From: Octopus bimaculoides
Lineage: Eukaryota
Direction: 5' to 3'
NCBI RefSeq assembly: GCF_001194135.2
Contig: NC_068997.1
Coordinates: forward strand, 32,219,876 to 32,255,708
DNA length: 35,833 nt
Below the pieces are notes generated by a model. The model saw only the letters and a program-made list of their open reading frames with translations. It had not been told where the DNA came from and did not search any database. A program made the translations under genes and the position numbers. Each line of letters starts with the position of its first letter. Position 1 is the stretch's first letter. Below are positions 11,290 to 23,695 of this stretch, one piece after another.

Positions 11290-12180
11290 ATATTTAAAAA
11301 CTAATGAAGTTTGAAAATCCAAACACGTTGACTGTGCGTTGCATTACCCACCAAGAAAACTTGGTTGCAAAAAGCGTTTTCTCTGAACTGCATGACATAC
11401 TGTATATTGTGGTTAGATGCATCAATTCCATCACAGCGAGTGGCAAGTGTGAACATCTGTTCAAGAAGTTTTGTAAAAATAAATATGAAGAACATGTGAA
11501 CTACTCCGGTTGTCAAAGGGAAACTACCTCAAAAACATTTATGCAACTGTTTGACCTTCTCAGTAAATTTTTGAAGGACAAATCTGAAATAAGTCGCCTG
11601 TTGACAACAGACGGCAAAACTTATGTGAACCTCTTGGCTGGCATTTTTGAGAATCTTTGTTCTTGAAACAAGCAACTGTAAGGAGCTTCTGAGACGCTCA
11701 TTAATGCAATAACCAAAATATTTGGATTTATAACTTTTTTTTTTTTTGTACCATTGCAACATATTAGCAATAAACTTTAGCCAATTCTCTTGGTTGAAAA
11801 AGTGTGGGATAATTGATGCTTTAAAGAACATTATTGTTGATCACTTGAGAATGTTAGTTAATGAGTCCAATGTAAGATTTTATGATCTGAGAACAGAGGA
11901 GGAGTTCCCTTCTTGGATGACTCAGCTATTTCTACTGGATTTATCCAAAATGCCAGTGTAATACCAAGAAGAGCTATTTGAGCCGCAACAAGATGAGTTT
12001 GAAAAACTCTTTTCAAAGTCAAGAGAATCATGATACGGCCGCCTGCAGAAAGGGAAAAGATATAGCCAAACACGAGTAATTTACTAAGGGAAGTATTAAT
12101 ACACTTTCCATCGTCTTGTGAAATTGAATGTAGATTTAGTGTTGCTGCCGGTTGGTTACAAGCTAAGAGGAACGACTGAA
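11290..12180 (+). pseudogene. hAT transposase relic 2 (Buster/Charlie-like), C-terminal half
   Basis: MKFENPNTLTVRCITHQENLVAK (CxxH), LFKKFCKNKYEEH, LLTTDGKTYVNLLAGIFE, KIFGFIT, RFYDLRTEEEFPSWMTQ and FPSSCEIECRFS..LQAKRNR (catalytic E and dimerisation region), with several stops and frameshifts. Confidence 0.9.
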
Positions 12181-12189
12181 TACCAACAT

Positions 12190-12886
12190 CCTCTTTCTGT
12201 CCATCCAGTCAACTTCTTCACACCTGTCTTCTACCTGTCTAGTGAACATCTAAATAATACGAATATCCAGTAAACAGCTGCTCATTGGGTGTATCAGTTT
12301 TGTCAGTTTTACTCGCTGTACTTTAATACTCACTGTCTCTTTAATACTGTATTTATCTTTCTAGAGAAAGAGAAATACAATATTACACACTGTCAACCTC
12401 TCCAGTCAACATCTACACACTGTGTCCAGCTATCTATTTCTATCCACTATCAACCGAGTTAAAATCTATACGTTATGTCTGACACTATAATCAACTATAT
12501 TACACTCTGTCCTTCGAACGTCTGTGTAGTATCTGTCTATCCATTGATTTTTCTGTTCAATATCTGTCGAGTTAACATATACACGTTATGCTAACACAAC
12601 AATTAATTATTAAGCATTGTCTAATTTTCTTTCCAACCTCTACACGCTTCGTCTTTCCAGTTAAAATCTATTCACTGCGTCTTTATCGTCCATTGTATAC
12701 GTTATACTGCGGCCATGCTGGTGCACCGCCTTGAAAAAATTTTAATCGAATGTATCGACCCTAGTACTTATTTTTAAGCCTGGTACTTGTAATAATCACT
12801 GTTGCCGAACCGCTAAGTTACGAGGATGTAAACACATCAACACTGGTTGCCAAACACTGCTGGGGGACAAGCGCGCGCACGCACAC

Positions 12887-12936
<50 letters not shown>

Positions 12937-13215
12937 ACATGCACGCATATGCGACGGTGTTCTTTTAGTTTCCGTCTACCAAATCGCCTCACAAGGCTTT
13001 GGTCGGCCCGAGGCTATAGTAGAAAACACTTCCCCAATGTGTCATGCAGTAGAACTGATCCCAGAACCATATAGTTGGGAAGCAAGCTTCTGTCTACACA
13101 GCCACGCCTGTGTCTATCAGCAATTATACAGCCTGTTCTCTGTCGATCAAGTCAGCCAGCATCTATATACCATATTTATTTATGCAATAAACATCTACAC
13201 GGTTTGTCTAACTAT
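12190..13215 (+). repeat. Cryptic satellite locus 3, interrupted by SINE A
   Basis: cagtcaacatctacacactgtgtc, ctatctatttctatcc and agttaaaatctat motifs occur on both sides of the SINE at 12707-13112. Confidence 0.6.
12707..13112 (-). mobile_element. SINE family A, near full length with internal (CA)n
   Basis: Reverse complement of 8885-9346: ctgcggccatgctgg..ccgctaagttacg..(CA)n..agtttccgtctaccaaat..gcaagcttc..cacagccacgcctg. Confidence 0.95.
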
Positions 13216-13356
13216 TGAAACAGAGCAATGCCAAGTACTATTATTTATAAAGGAGTCAAAAATAATTATCTCCTACACTTGTGGAAGTAAAAGGTATTCG
13301 GGGGCTTTTCTGTACAAAAAACTTAGAAGAACAAAAACAACAAACAAAAGACGTAA

Positions 13357-13565
13357 TGGTTTCAGGAACAACGCTAGTAATTTTAGAGGGGAGGGGCTTA
13401 GTTGATGCAATCAACCTCTGTACTTGACTAGTACTTTATTTCGTCGTCCCCGAAAGGTTGACTGGCAAAACTGACCTTGGGAAAATTTTGAAGTTAGATT
13501 GTAAAGAGTTGGGAAAATGCCTTGAAGTATTTTTGCAGCGCTCTAACGACCCTGCAAGATCGTCG
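13357..13565 (-). mobile_element. SINE family B, degenerate copy
   Basis: gctagtaatttt..ggggagggg..gtacttgactagtac..ccgaaagg..ggcaaaactgacc..ctaacgacc. Confidence 0.7.
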
Positions 13566-13737
13566 ACTTAAAGGAGAGATTTATGGCGAAAAGAAATTCA
13601 AGAAGAGTTTTTAAAAAAGTGTTTTGTGCAAGAACATCGCCTTGTGTACTGGGGCAAAAAAAGAAAAGGAGGCTAATTGAGTGCCTCTTGGCCAGTTGAC
13701 CTACGAAAAATAGCAGTTAAATCGTAGTACCACCACA

Positions 13738-13738
13738 A

Positions 13739-13769
<31 letters not shown>

Positions 13770-13770
13770 A
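13738..13770. repeat. (AAAT)n microsatellite
   Basis: Direct reading. Confidence 0.9.
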
Positions 13771-13877
13771 ACCAAACAAACTGGAAGATCTTTAAAAGGA
13801 AGGCTACATGGGAGAAACGTTTAGACTACAAAAAAGTAGGAAATACTTGCAGACAAAAAAAAAAGATTGTTGGATAA

Positions 13878-14071
13878 CCGAAGGAGTACGTACACTGTGG
13901 TTAGAGCCGCTGCCCTCCTCAAATTACATCTGACCATCTTTAAAAATCGAACTACGCTGGATATGGCAGTCCTACATGCAATGTATCCGAAGAGAAAAGA
14001 CGAGTTGGCCAATACTTAGAATATCCTTGATCATAGGTTCAAGGCTGATCCTGGGCTAACACATCAACAAC
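13878..14071 (-). mobile_element. Dispersed repeat family D, copy
   Basis: Reverse complement reads tgttagcccaggatcagcc..acctatgatcaagg, as in other D copies. Confidence 0.6.
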
Positions 14072-14121
14072 TGGAGAATACTATAAATAATCTCACAAAT
14101 CTTATATTCACGTAATTAATA

Positions 14122-14342
14122 TTGATTTCAAATTTTGGCACAAGGCCAGCAATTTCGAATTTCGAGGGAATGAATGAGTCGATTACATCGACTCCAATGC
14201 TAAACTGGTACTTACTTTATCGACCCGAAAAGGAAGAAAGGCAAGGTCGTCCACGGCAAAATTCGAACTCAGTACATGAAGACGGAAGAAATGCCGCTAA
14301 GCATTATGTCCGGCGTGCTAACAATTCTGTCAGTTCGACGCC
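14122..14342 (-). mobile_element. SINE family B, full length
   Basis: tttcaaattttggcacaaggccagcaatttc..gtcgattacatcgac..gaaatgccgctaagcatt..ggcgtgctaacaattctgtcag. Confidence 0.93.
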
Positions 14343-14908
14343 TCACTCATAATTAGTATTTCAGATGCGAAATAACAAATTTGTCCCTTTGGAGATTATT
14401 AAACATTTCTAGAGGATTAAACAAAATTAATGAAATTAATATGAGTTTTCTAGGTCTATCGTTAATTATAGCACAATTTCATAAAACTAAGAAATTAAAA
14501 AAATATGAACTCGTTAACAACTCTACAATGAGAATCAACAGATGGCAAAACATAAGAAGGTGGCGCATTGCTGCAGAGTCAAAGCTCTCTCTATAAACAC
14601 AAGTTTTTGAGAAAGAAACAGATCAGAATCAAGTACTGAGAGTTTATAACTCCCATCCACGCCGCCAACACCGCCAACACCAACACAACCACTACCATCA
14701 CCAACACCTCTTCGTTATCAACACATTAATCCTCTCTGAGAAAAGGAAAATAAAGAATGACACAGTGAAAGAAGATAAAATAATACAACGCAATCCGCGA
14801 TATGACGGAACTCAACAAACTTGAAACACAGCAGAACATAACGAACATAATCAACATAAGAAAATTAATATCAGTATCAGCAGGGAACACACACATATCC
14901 TTCTATCC

Positions 14909-15039
<131 letters not shown>

Positions 15040-15750
15040 AAAACGAACGAAAAAGATACCGTTAAAATGTGATATGGCAAAAAATATCACCAACATCACC
15101 AACATCACCAGCATAGTACCACTCTAAAACAAATAAAGAATACAATGTAGAAGATTTGAAATTTAGAATGAACAAGAACTCAGAGGAAGTAAAGAAACCT
15201 AATTCAGTAAGTGAAAGCCAAATCGTGTAAAATAAACAATTCCAAGAAAGAAAAAAAAAAAAGAAAAGAAAAGAAATTGAAACAAAAGTAAAATATTCCA
15301 ATGAGAAAAAAGAAGTCATTTCAAGGAATTAAACAACAAAACCATACAACTAAACATTTTGGAGAAAATATGTAAAATAGAAAAACAAATCCCTAAAACA
15401 AATTCAATAATTGACAATAAAAGAAGTGGAGTATATTCTATTGTAAGAATAGACAGATATTAAGGCATGAGATAATAGCAACTGGAAGTCACATGGAATA
15501 GACAACGCAGCTGAATGGAATATCTACATAACCTGCACACACATACATGTCCTATTCCTTAATAATACTGAATAATTTAAGGTGATTGTCAGCAACATAT
15601 TGTCTGGATACCCCTCTTCCCATCACAACTACTACGTCAGCTACCATAGAAGACATGACAAGGGTCACACCACTACAAGCAAATGAAGGCTCTCAGCAGT
15701 AGAACAATAATATAAACATATTCCTGAGACAGCTGAAGAGAATTAAAATA

Positions 15751-15950
15751 TGTTATTGTTATTGTTTAACCACGTAACAGCATCCCTTCTTGAGCAGACT
15801 GACAATCAAAGGCATTTCATCCGCGATCTTGCCTTGTCTCTTTTTTTTTTTTAGGGATATATATGACTATATTATCTGAGTTATCCTTTCCTTATTTATT
15901 ACTATAAGAGTGATTTTGAGTAGAGAAATGTAGATATGAGTGAACCACCT
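15751..15950 (+). mobile_element. Dispersed repeat family D, copy
   Basis: ttgtttaacc..gagcagactgacaatcaaaggcattt. Confidence 0.55.
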
Positions 15951-16111
15951 TTACTGTTTTAAAAGGCAACTTGCCCACGTGATATTGTGATTTGGCCACC
16001 AGAAAATTAGATTTCTGGAGAGTAGATTTTTAATAAAAAGTATTTCTTGGTGTAATCATAAATAAGAATAGTAGGATCAATTCCCACAAATACTAATACC
16101 CATTTCTTTAA

Positions 16112-16370
16112 GCCCAGGCGTGACTGTGTGATAAGAAGCTTACTTCCCAATCACACAGTTTCAGGTTCAGTGGNNNNNNNNNNNNNNNNNNNNNNNNNNN
16201 NNNNNNNNNNNNNNNNNNNNNNNNNNNNNNNNNNNNNNNNNNNNNNNNNNNNNNNNNNNNNNNNNNNNNNNNNNNNNNNNNNNNNNNNNNNNNNNNNNNN
16301 NNNNNNNNNNNNNNNNNNNNNNNNNNNNNNNNNNNNNNNNNNNNNNNNNNNNNNNNNNNNNNNNNNNNNN

Positions 16371-16428
<58 letters not shown>

Positions 16429-16638
16429 ATGTGTGTCATTGTATCTGTGTTTATCCCACCACCGCTGCTTGACAACCATTTTTGGTGTGTTTGCGGTTCG
16501 GCAAAAGAGATAACTAGAAGTACCAGGCTTAAGAAAAGAAATAAGTACTAAAGTCGATTCTTTCAACTAAAAGTTCTTCAAGGCAATACCCCAGTATGGC
16601 TGCAGTCTAAACAAGTAAAGGAATAAAAATATAAAGAT
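16112..16638 (+). mobile_element. SINE family A, full length, spanning the 197-N gap (16174-16370)
   Basis: Head caggcgtgactgtgtgataagaagcttacttcccaa..ggttcagt, then gap, (GT)n, and tail gcggttcggcaaaagaga..ttcttcaagg..ccagtatggctgcagtc..aagtaaag. Confidence 0.92.
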
Positions 16639-16813
16639 ATAAATATAGAAATACCATTCGATGTCAAATGCAGGCAGAGCAAAAGACACAAGCTATCGAG
16701 CACTTAGAGCATATTTGGTTGTAGCACTTAAAGTCAATGTCACCTTATATCTTGTTGTCAATGTGCTTCGCCTCTAACGGATCTGAAATAGCTATGTAAG
16801 TGTCCGGTTAGGT

Positions 16814-17175
16814 CAGTGGTTTTCAATCATTTTTGTTTTTTAATCTATGGGTTCCTTTTATTACTATATTACTCTGGTGGACCCCCATTGCCATTCGACG
16901 TTTAAAAAACTAGTTTTATAGAAACTTCTTTCAAAATTCCCATTTCGTTTTCTACACATCAACTTTTGTAGGTTGAAGTATGTAAAGTGTTAGAGAAAGA
17001 AACCTAGCTGTTTCTTGCAATACATACCGATATATACATCTAAAGCAAAATTTTTTCAGGGGCCCTTAAAATACTATCGTGGATCCCTAATTTAATTTAC
17101 TATCATGTTGTATGCACTCCCAAAAATCTTATATGGAACCTCAGGGGCCATATGGACCCTGGCTGAGAACCACTG
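16814..17175 (+). mobile_element. hAT (Buster/Charlie-type) MITE, copy 2
   Basis: TIRs cagtggttttcaatc ... ggctgagaaccactg. Flanking 8-mers ggttaggt / tgttaggc match 6/8. Confidence 0.92.
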
Positions 17176-17304
17176 TGTTAGGCATAACCCGTTATTTCCC
17201 TTGCACAACCAAATACATAATTCAATATTCTCCAGTGGTTTGCATGTAGCTGCGCTGCTGCAGTTCAAACGAAGAAAACGACCTACAACAATTGGGGAGA
17301 AAAA

Positions 17305-18230
17305 AATCATTCATCTCTATACAAGACACCATCACTCATCTCTATACAAGACCACTATCCAAAGGCCAAAACATTTCTTTGTGCATCGCATCGCCTGCAA
17401 CCACGAAGCTGAAAAAATAAAAGAGAAAAAGTCTTTTCTTTGGATCCGTTGCGGAAAGTAACTCCATCAACTTTGCGGAATCTCCTTACTTCCAAGTTTT
17501 ATCTCCGCTTCGCATCCAAATTCACAGTTCATACATACTGAAAAACTCCATCCAAAATTTTCTTTCTCACTCCACCAGCTTCGACATCTCATTAAAATGC
17601 TAAGTTCCAAAATTTCTTTGATCACCTCGAACCAACAATGCAACAGATCTTAAACAGTTTCCCTACAGCTACTCCCTAACCTCATCAAACACTCCCATCT
17701 TTCCCGCTCTTATGGTATATAGCCTGATCTTTAGTTTTATCCTTAAGAAAGATTATCCATTCTAATTCTATGAAGTGATGACGTATTTTTATCTCTTCCA
17801 ACATCTCAAAAGTAATGGAACCATTTCTTAATTACATTCTCCAACACCTCGAGTCTCCTTACTCTACACTGAGCCCTAGAATAACTTCTATACAACCGGA
17901 TCCATATGGGATCTACTCTGCCGTATCGCTTGCAAGTGGTTCGTTGTTTTTGAGAAGTTTGGCGAAAACAATGTTGCGTACCTGATATCTAGGATACCTA
18001 AGTCTGTGTCTAGCATGACAATCTCTTTACTAGACTCCATCCAAGAGCTTTATCAACCTCTCATCTTTTGGACGCTTGTGGGTTCTCTTTCTGCTTCTCA
18101 CTCACTCTCTCTCAATACTGATACACCCCATAATTCAGTTATATCCTTTCCATGCGGCATATTTGTTGTTACTTCTAGAAGTGCTCACGTCTCTACAGAT
18201 GTTACCATTCTGTTCTCGTGTTGACCTACT
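17305..18230 (-). pseudogene. Non-LTR retrotransposon (RTE-like) RT/C-terminal relic
   Basis: Minus-strand translation includes RNIVFAKL (17960-17978, at the position of the FADD motif with DD lost), EVRRFRKVDGVTFRN (17446-17493, like EMRFLRRVAGVTLRD) and QLR/W, in the order expected for RTE ORF2. A ~20-bp direct repeat (tcatctctatacaagac) sits at the presumed 3' end. Confidence 0.55.
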
Positions 18231-18411
18231 ACATATAGCTGACAGAAAATGAAAAAAATATATAATATTACAGCAGAAAAACATAGCTTTAAAAGACAAA
18301 ACGTTTGATCAACAACGACAATAGCAACAACAATATACATGCATATACCACTACGTCAAACAAAAAGGCAATCTTTCTAACAAAAGCAACCTCAATATGG
18401 TATATTTTACA

Positions 18412-18578
18412 GGGCGGCCAGCTGACAGAACTGTTTGCATGCCGGGCAAAAATGCTGAGCATTTCATCTGTCTGTATGCTCTGTGTTCAAATTCCGCCGA
18501 GGTCGACTTTGCTTTTCATTCTTTCAGGGTCGATAAAATAAGTCCCAGTTGAGTACTGAGGTCTTTGTAATCGACTCA
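18412..18578 (+). mobile_element. SINE family B, the only plus-strand copy
   Basis: ggcggccagctgacagaa..gcatgccgggc head, B-box gttcaaattcc, then gaggtcgactttgcttttcat. Confidence 0.93.
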
Positions 18579-19453
18579 CAACATTTGACAAGATATATTC
18601 GGGTAAGAGTCACCATGAACTGAAAAGTCCTCATGACTGCAAGATCACAAAATGCTACCTGAACTATGTTGAGGGCACTGAAAGGAAGACCTCAAGTCTA
18701 ACAATGGAAAGTTGACGGCACAGCTTTTACCCTTGTAACTGCACAGAAAGCTTAAAAGTCAAAAACAACAAAAAGAACAATCATGGAAATTGCCGGTTTT
18801 AAGGGATACTAGGCACAATTCTGGAGTCTGCAAATACAATAACACTACCTTCATTGATAGGAATGAGTCATGTGACCCAAGAACCATCTCTTCCAGCCAC
18901 AGCCAACAAAGACGAGGAGAGTCATTCTCACCATCACTAACAACAGCAATAAATGACCGGGAGGCACTCCCTCATAGCAGTACCAGTCCATCCACTTACA
19001 AAGGTGAGGCTAAAATGAATAGGCAATCTTATTACCCTCCCATCCACCCAAAGCGATAAAAAAGCGCGTGATGAATACACCACAGGTAAAGTGGAGACAC
19101 ACTCCGCCGGAGTAAAAATTATATCATTTGGAAGGGAGACCATCTCCTATGAGGGGAGAAACCCGTTTCCTTCTTGAATAAAATTGAATTTTTCAGCCCT
19201 TCGGGAAACATTCTTTTTTCTTAAAAATGTAGCTTTACAATTAAAAGATTCAAAATTCACCTAGGAGGGGGCTCAAATTTCACGAAGCCAACTAACCGCA
19301 GAGATTGTTGGGTTTCTTAATAACAAAATGTTACATTAAAAACCAAAATTATTTTCTTCAAAGCAACAAAATTTAGGAACTTCTTACGAGCTCCAAAATG
19401 ACGTCTTTCCATTACAAACTCAATAAAAACAGCAACAACAACATTAATAACCC

Positions 19454-19598
19454 TTTTGGGAGATGGGACTGATCGACCACACCGACCCCAGTGTTTCACC
19501 CCCGAAAGGATGAAAGGCAAAGTCGACCTAAGTGGAATTTGAACTCAAAACTTAAAGACGGACGAAATGCCGCTATGCATTTCGTCCAGTTCACCGCT
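19454..19598 (-). mobile_element. SINE family B, internally deleted copy
   Basis: gaccccagtg..ccgaaaggatgaaaggcaaagtcgacc..gaatttgaactc..gaaatgccgcta. Confidence 0.9.
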
Positions 19599-19600
19599 TA

Positions 19601-19665
19601 TGATAATAACAACAACAACAACAACAACAACAATAATAATAATAATAATGATAATAATAATAATG

Positions 19666-19697
<32 letters not shown>
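19601..19697. repeat. (AAC)n/(AAT)n microsatellite, continuous with the tail of the next SINE B
   Basis: Direct reading. Confidence 0.95.
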
Positions 19698-19698
<1 letters not shown>

Positions 19699-19810
19699 GT
19701 TTCAAATTTTGGCATAAGTCCAGCAATCTGGGTTTGGGGTAAGTCGATTACATCGATCCCAGTACTCATATGGTACTTATTTTACTGGTCCCGAAGAGAT
19801 GAAAGGCAAA
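19696..19810 (-). mobile_element. SINE family B, 3' half
   Basis: ggtttcaaattttggcataagtccagcaat..gtcgattacatcgatcccagtac..gatgaaaggcaaa. Confidence 0.9.
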
Positions 19811-20242
19811 AGATGACGGATGTATGGAGACATGCAAGAACAAATAACAAAACTTTGTCGGTCATGCAGAAACGATTGAGAAAATTCGGACGCGAAAGAT
19901 TAAAGAATACAGGATACAAATAAAAGATAAAATGAAATGTGAAGAGCCAGTAAGGAGACAGAGCAGCCGTCCTGTGCCGATGAAGGAAACTCATAGATCC
20001 AGGTTTACCCTTACTATCAAAAGAAGGGGCCCTTCCCGCTCTAAAGGCGCATGTCAGGAGCAGGTCCATTCGTTGTGGCTGTAATCGTCAGTTTCGATCA
20101 ACCTTTTGGCAAACTTACTGGAGACAACAACGCCATCTCCATCGCTTTTAGCTTCTTCGGCAAATGAAACTTGAAGAAGTTGAGAAGGGACTGGTCGAAG
20201 AGAAATGTGTTTATCTTCAACAGTTTGAAATTTGACCACATC

Positions 20243-20345
20243 GACGACGACGACGATGATGATGATGATGATGATGGTCGTGGTGGTGGTGATGATGGTG
20301 GTGATGGTGATGATGATGATGATGATGATGACGATGATGATGATA
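20243..20345. repeat. (GAC/GAT/GGT)n compound trinucleotide repeat
   Basis: Direct reading. Confidence 0.95.
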
Positions 20346-21762
20346 AAAGTAAAATTCTAAAATCTTATTGAAATATTTTACATTTAAATATCATCAATGC
20401 TATGAGTACATTTTCAGTGTAAAACATAACATATAGTCGTGTGTTATTGTATTAGTACGTAACAAACGTAAACATTCAGAACCACAGCAACACAACGCAA
20501 GTAAAAATCGATATTCACTGACTGTCCATTTCAAGAAGAAACAAGTGACACTAAAGTGTCAGAGGACAGTTTTAAGTTGGTACTTATTAACACTGCTTAC
20601 TTTTAATTTCCCAAGAAAGCCTGCTGCAACCTACTTTTGTTAACAACATGAGTAAGAAAGCTAAGTAAATTGATTATCACTGAACCAGTAACATTCTCCC
20701 GAGAAATTGGATTAGATTTTGAACAGCTGAAAATCTAAAATCAAGGCAGCAGCAGAAGTGAATAAAAACATGGTACATCTGAGGAATATCCATTATAATC
20801 CATAAAGATATCTCGTAACATGGACAATACTTCTGTGAATTGAATATCTACATATCAATAAAAAAGGTGATTCTTGCTTGGATGTACAAACCTCACTTGA
20901 TTAGGGCAGAAGAAAGAACATTTTCCACTGGGACAAAATCATCTCTACTAGTCACATTAATAGTAATATCTATAATTCCTATGATATAGAGGACAAGCGT
21001 TACTTTATGTCAATGATTCTCAGCCTTCTGTATGCTTTGCGCCCCCAAGAAATAATTGATCAATTTTCGTACCCCCTAGAAAAGTAACACCTCATTTGAA
21101 GATGAAAAGGTCAGTTTTCTAATAACTAATTTTGTAATTCTTTTTTTTTTCTAAATTGAACCACATATAGTAATGTGGGTGAACAAATTGGACTCAGAAA
21201 ATTAGCTTTTGATTCAATGCATAAAACGCAAATGCAAAGAGAGCAATTAGGAAAAACTGTAAACAGTGAAATCAATCGCAATTGTGAACATAAAATTGCT
21301 CGATTTCTTTGTAACTGCTTCTCGTTCATGACGTTATAAAAAACGTTGAGATTCCTTGCTGATTGCGATCTGCGAACCGACTTGTCGATTCAGACACACC
21401 TGAGTGACAAAAGAGAACTGAGTCTAGAACCGCAGAAGTATCTCGTTCCAAATGGAATGAGGACATAGTTCTTTGCCATAATCTCATAATGGTTAAATCT
21501 ACATATATAGAATATAGAATTAAAATTTCATGGCGTGCAAAGTAGCACTAAGGGTACTTTTCATTGTCAGTTAATAATTTTATTCTGATAAAAGATTTTA
21601 ATAGAATATGTCCTTTCATTCATTGTTGCGCAACCTAAAATGCCCTCTCGTGCTCACAAGAGATGAGAGCATCTCAGGTCGGGAATTCCTTCCTTGCGTA
21701 AGTCTGTCTTTTGAAAATATAACATGTTCTGTTAGGACGACTACCGTTAGCTTCAACAAAAT

Positions 21763-21858
21763 ATGTGTATGCATGTATGTATGCATGTATGTTTGTTTGT
21801 ATGCATGTGTGTTTATTACATATGTATATATACATACATATACATATTCATACACATA

Positions 21859-21920
<62 letters not shown>
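21763..21920. repeat. (TATG)n/(TACA)n/(CA)n compound microsatellite
   Basis: Direct reading. Confidence 0.93.
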
Positions 21921-22439
21921 ACATGCCTGGCGAACCAGGCTCAACTCTTTACAGTCAACGTTCTAGGCATCTTCTATGAACCTCTACTAGTTTTTTTACA
22001 AGATGATAATGCAAAATGTTACTGAAACTTAGAAAGCGCTCGATTCCTTGTTAGCGGACGATAAACTTTGCACAATTTTCTATATCTAAAAATGACTTTA
22101 GCGTTTTAATAATGCACAAAACAATGCAGAATAATTATGTTGTGCAGAAGCAAATTGAAAATTAAAGAAATTAGATTAACTTCGCTGCTGAGATGTAAAC
22201 ATGGCAGATTCTAAAGATGTATTTATTATCTATTAGGAGTCTGTAAAGACATCGGCAGGTTACCTAAAAGAATAGACACAAGCAACATCCCATTACCAAT
22301 ACACGGGTCTGAAAATATTGTTAGAATGTTCTCTAAAAATTACCTCTTAATTCTGAATATTATAAGCCAGTATTCCAGAATGTACTTAAATTTTGTGATC
22401 TAAGAATGGAGGCATTTGATGTATCTTTTAAATTGTTAA

Positions 22440-22765
22440 TATCAAGAATACTCTTACCTGTCTTACAAAATGAGAATGTGAAAATGCTATGGAGACTTAT
22501 ACAGACAGACCACAGGTTATCACGTAATAAACCTGACAGTAGATTCCATGATAAAAATGCCAATTGTGTATTAATAATCGATATGGCAATACCAAATGAT
22601 TGTAATGCTATAGAAAGCTCACTAGACAGACAAGAAATTACAGTCACTTAACTGTCGAATTCTAAACATTACAGATGTTAAAGAATGTGTCGGTACTTCC
22701 ATTTGTAATTGATAGGAATGGAGTTGTTGCTTCCAGATAATAGTAATACTGGGATCTATAAATAT
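22440..22765 (+). pseudogene. R4/Dong-clade non-LTR retrotransposon relic, restriction-like endonuclease (PD-D/ExK) domain
   Basis: VLQNENVKMLW/LIQTDHRLSRNKPD..HDKNANCVLIIDMAIPND, then (frameshifted) MLKNVSVLPFVIDRNGVV, matches the LW.F.IQTD....RPDI...DK.....IIDIA.P.D motif of RLE-bearing LINEs. Confidence 0.8.
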
Positions 22766-22766
22766 T

Positions 22767-22956
22767 GGTTACAAATTTTGGTACAACACCAGCAAGTTTG
22801 AGGATGGGGTAATTCTATTACACTGATCCCAGTGCTCAACTGGTATTTATTTTATCGACCCTGAAACGATGAAAGGCAAAGTCGACCTCGGCGTAATTTG
22901 AACTCAAAAATTAAGCATTCCGCCCAGCATGCTAACGATTCTGCCAGCTCACCACC
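22767..22956 (-). mobile_element. SINE family B
   Basis: ggttacaaattttggtacaacaccagc..gatgaaaggcaaagtcgacctcggc..gctaacgattctgccagctcacc. Confidence 0.92.
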
Positions 22957-22972
22957 TTCGTTAATAACTATA

Positions 22973-23126
22973 ATAATCCTTTCTACTAAAGCACAAAGCC
23001 TGAAATTTTGGGGAAGAGGGTCTAATGATGGAATGGCGAAGTCAACCTCTGTGGAATTTGAACTCATAACGCAGAAAATACCGCTAAGCATTTTGCCCGG
23101 GGTGTTAGCGATTCTGCCAGCTCGCC
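22973..23126 (-). mobile_element. SINE family B (ataatcctttctact tail variant), internally deleted
   Basis: ataatcctttctactaaagcacaaagcctgaaatttt..gaatttgaactc..ccgctaagcattttgccc..gattctgccagctcgcc. Confidence 0.9.
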
Positions 23127-23349
23127 ATCTTCTAAAGCTGTGAATAAAACATTATTATGAAGCATTTCTGAACACTGAAAAGTCATGTTGACCTTCAATA
23201 TTTTTATTTATTTATTTTTGTTAATCTTGAAGGTAATTATTGTCTCTGAACATCGTTTTTAACCCTGAGCACTTTTAGGCATGTTGTCCGAGATGTACAC
23301 AATTTTTGTGTTGAGAGAAGAAACCTTTTATGTAGTTCTTAAACAATGA

Positions 23350-23371
23350 GCAATGACAATAACAACAGCAA

Positions 23372-23413
<42 letters not shown>

Positions 23414-23462
23414 ATATGATGAAGATGATTATAATAACAGCAACAGCAACAACAACAATAAT
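23350..23462. repeat. Compound trinucleotide repeat (ACA/ACG/ATG/ATA), extending the SINE B tail
   Basis: Direct reading. Confidence 0.9.
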
Positions 23463-23611
23463 AATCCTTTCTACTAAAGGCACAAGGCCTGGAATTTGTG
23501 GGGAGGGGACTAGTCGAATACATCGACTCCAGTGTTTCACTGGTACTAAATTTATCAACCTTAAAAGGATGAAAGGCAAAGTCAACCTCGGCAGAATTTG
23601 AACTCAGAACG
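23461..23611 (-). mobile_element. SINE family B (ataatcctttctact tail variant), head missing
   Basis: ataatcctttctactaaaggcacaaggcctgg..aaggatgaaaggcaaagtcaacctcggcagaatttgaactcagaacg. Confidence 0.92.
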
Positions 23612-23618
23612 CAGCGAC

Positions 23619-23680
<62 letters not shown>

Positions 23681-23695
23681 TAATAATAATAATAA
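23619..23695. repeat. (AAT)n microsatellite
   Basis: Direct reading. Confidence 0.97.

Noticed and set aside
15300-15730. KRSGVYSI motif suggesting a Penelope GIY-YIG endonuclease (similar faint hints at 20480-20900)
   Set aside because: The second YIG motif and downstream conserved residues are not recoverable; too weak without a profile search.
19950-20235. GC-richer stretch as a candidate exon
   Set aside because: Stops occur in most frames, no recognisable domain is present and there is no clear splice-site pair.
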